A DNA stretch of 64,000 nt from a bacterium. GTDB lineage: Bacteria > Hinthialibacterota > Hinthialibacteria > Hinthialibacterales > Hinthialibacteraceae. The stretch is taken from positions 192,001 to 256,000 of the forward strand of contig CAXXSM010000132.1 in NCBI GenBank assembly GCA_963663405.2, read 5' to 3'. The translations under genes were made by a program, and so were the position numbers. The notes under the pieces are model-generated. The model saw only the letters and a program-made list of their open reading frames with translations, had not been told where the DNA came from and did no database searches. Position 1 is the stretch's first letter, and the number at the start of each line of letters is the position of its first letter. Positions 62,623-64,000 of the stretch are shown one piece after another.

Positions 62623-63053
62623 GTGATCGAACTATCGATGTTGGCGAAAATTCTCCGTAGTTTCTAGTTTTTTTGTTAGTCGGCGTTGGTTTTATTCTAT
62701 TTAACCTCTTGGTTCCTATCCTGTTCCGGCCTAGTAATCCCTATTCAGAAAAATTGACGAATTACGAATGCGGTGAACGCCCTGTCGGCGGCCCGTGGAT
62801 TCGTTTTAACGTTCGTTTTTATATTGTTGCGATTGTGTTTTTGATTTTTGATGTGGAAGTCCTTTTTATTGTTCCTTGGGCGGTTGTTTATAAACAATTG
62901 TTTGGGGAATTGGGCTTATTGGTCTTTTTTGAAATGTTTGTGTTCCTTATCGTACTGGGCGTGGGACTCGCCTATTGCTGGAAAAAGGGACACTTGGAAT
63001 GGGTTCTTCGTGTGAAGACCAAGGATGGGAAATCCAAGCCCGTGATGTCCTGA
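62623..63053 (+). CDS. nuoA: NADH-quinone oxidoreductase subunit A (5' end out of frame, likely sequence error)
   Basis: KLTNYECGE, RFYIVAIVFLIFDVE, WKKGHLEW; AAGGAG-GTG at 62623. Confidence 0.9.
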
Positions 63054-63070
63054 TTGTGAGGTAATCGATT

Positions 63071-63232
63071 ATGGAATCATCCATTGAGGGATTGAGTACA
63101 GGTTTTTCATTAGCGCCGTTGGTTGAAATTGGTATTTGGATTGGATTAATTCTGGCGATTGGTTTATTCCTTTGTAATATCGGCCGGTTTTTCGACTTTG
63201 GCCAAGCGGTAATAAACCAGCGTCATTTGTAA
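63071..63232 (+). CDS. 53-aa single-TM protein between nuoA and nuoB (absent from the ORF track)
   Basis: GAGGT RBS; [53 protein letters not shown]. Confidence 0.6.
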   Translation: MESSIEGLSTGFSLAPLVEIGIWIGLILAIGLFLCNIGRFFDFGQAVINQRHL

Positions 63233-63347
63233 TCCCCGCCTTGCGCAGGATGAAGTTTTTGAGGGAATCCTTTACATTCCCGGTTTTCAAAGCGCAAGGC
63301 GCTCTCTCCCCCGGATCGGATTTCGTGGGGGAGGAAGGAGAACATTG

Positions 63348-63879
63348 GTGGGCGTTTTAGAAGGCAAATTTGAAGAAAACGTCATCGTCACATCCGTCGA
63401 CGCGGTATTTAATTGGGCGCGCCTCTCTTCCGTTTGGCCGATGACATTCGGTTTGGCGTGCTGCGCGATTGAGATGATGCACACCGGCGCGTGCCGCTTC
63501 GATCTGGACCGGTACGGGATGGGCGTGTTCCGTGGTTCGCCGCGTCAGAGCGATCTGATGATCGTGGCCGGTACAGTGACCTATAAAAATGGCGAAACGG
63601 ATCAAACTGCTCTATGACCAGATGCCGGAACCCCGCTGGGTCATGGCGATGGGTGGATGCGCGATCGGCGGTGGGCCTTATTACGAACATGGATATCACG
63701 TCGTGAAGGGCGTGGATCTCTATGTGCCCGTGGATGTGTACGTGCCCGGATGTCCACCCCGGCCTGAAACGTTAATGGCGGGATTGATCGAATTGCAGCA
63801 GAAAATCCGCCAGGACCGGCTCCTGCGCAAAAAAGAGAAAGAACCGGAAAAACGCCGCTTAATTGAATATTACCTTTGA
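63348..63879 (+). CDS. nuoB: NADH-quinone oxidoreductase subunit B (+1 frameshift at the A5 run 63585-63589)
   Basis: [22 protein letters not shown]|[15 protein letters not shown]. Confidence 0.93.
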
Positions 63880-63901
63880 TTGACGGAAGCCGGAAATCAA
63901 T

Positions 63902-64000
63902 ATGGAACGAATAGAGATCTACAACCTGCTGAAAGAGACCTTCGGTGAAAAGAAGGTTCTTGAATACGTCGTGACCGGTGAAGAAAAGAAGGGATTGCGC
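63902..64000 (+). CDS. nuoC: probable NADH-quinone oxidoreductase subunit C, 5' fragment
   Basis: open frame MERIEIYNLLKETFGE directly after nuoB; assigned mainly by gene order. Confidence 0.55.
   Translation, partial: MERIEIYNLLKETFGEKKVLEYVVTGEEKKGLR

Noticed and set aside
63069-63290. 73-aa minus-strand ORF between nuoA and nuoB
   Set aside because: Antisense to the operon; the + strand 53-aa ORF with an RBS and TM helix explains the interval better.

Overview
Bacterial chromosomal window made up mostly of housekeeping genes: thrC end, recA, queC, leuB, a four-subunit 2-oxoacid:ferredoxin oxidoreductase, tRNA-Ser/tRNA-Thr/tuf/rpmG, tadA, trpD, ftsX-like/envC-like/ctpA/tsaD, and the start of the nuo operon. 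These are interleaved with short AT-rich accessory patches. Solitary prepilin-type genes beginning FTLIELLIVVAIIGILAAIAVPNFL, an ASPIC/UnbV protein and a secreted protein ending VDQWSIF suggest a Sumerlaeota/Hinthialibacterota-like candidate phylum; this is inference. The most striking item is a BlaI/BlaR1-type (M56) signal transducer whose extracellular sensor is not a penicillin-binding domain but a clear homologue of the globular head of the two pilin-like proteins in the same window, with BlaI-type operators over its promoter. Other notable items: an unannotated 53-aa single-TM ORF between nuoA and nuoB, a glutathione peroxidase-serine hydrolase fusion, three toxin-less antitoxins (one a chimera ending in a YefM/YoeB scar), a broken ATPase+TOPRIM pair, a small ORF coupled to an SDH protease, and MITE/REP-like elements. 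Many frameshifts, including in nuoA and nuoB, fall at homopolymer runs, so some apparent pseudogenes are probably consensus errors.
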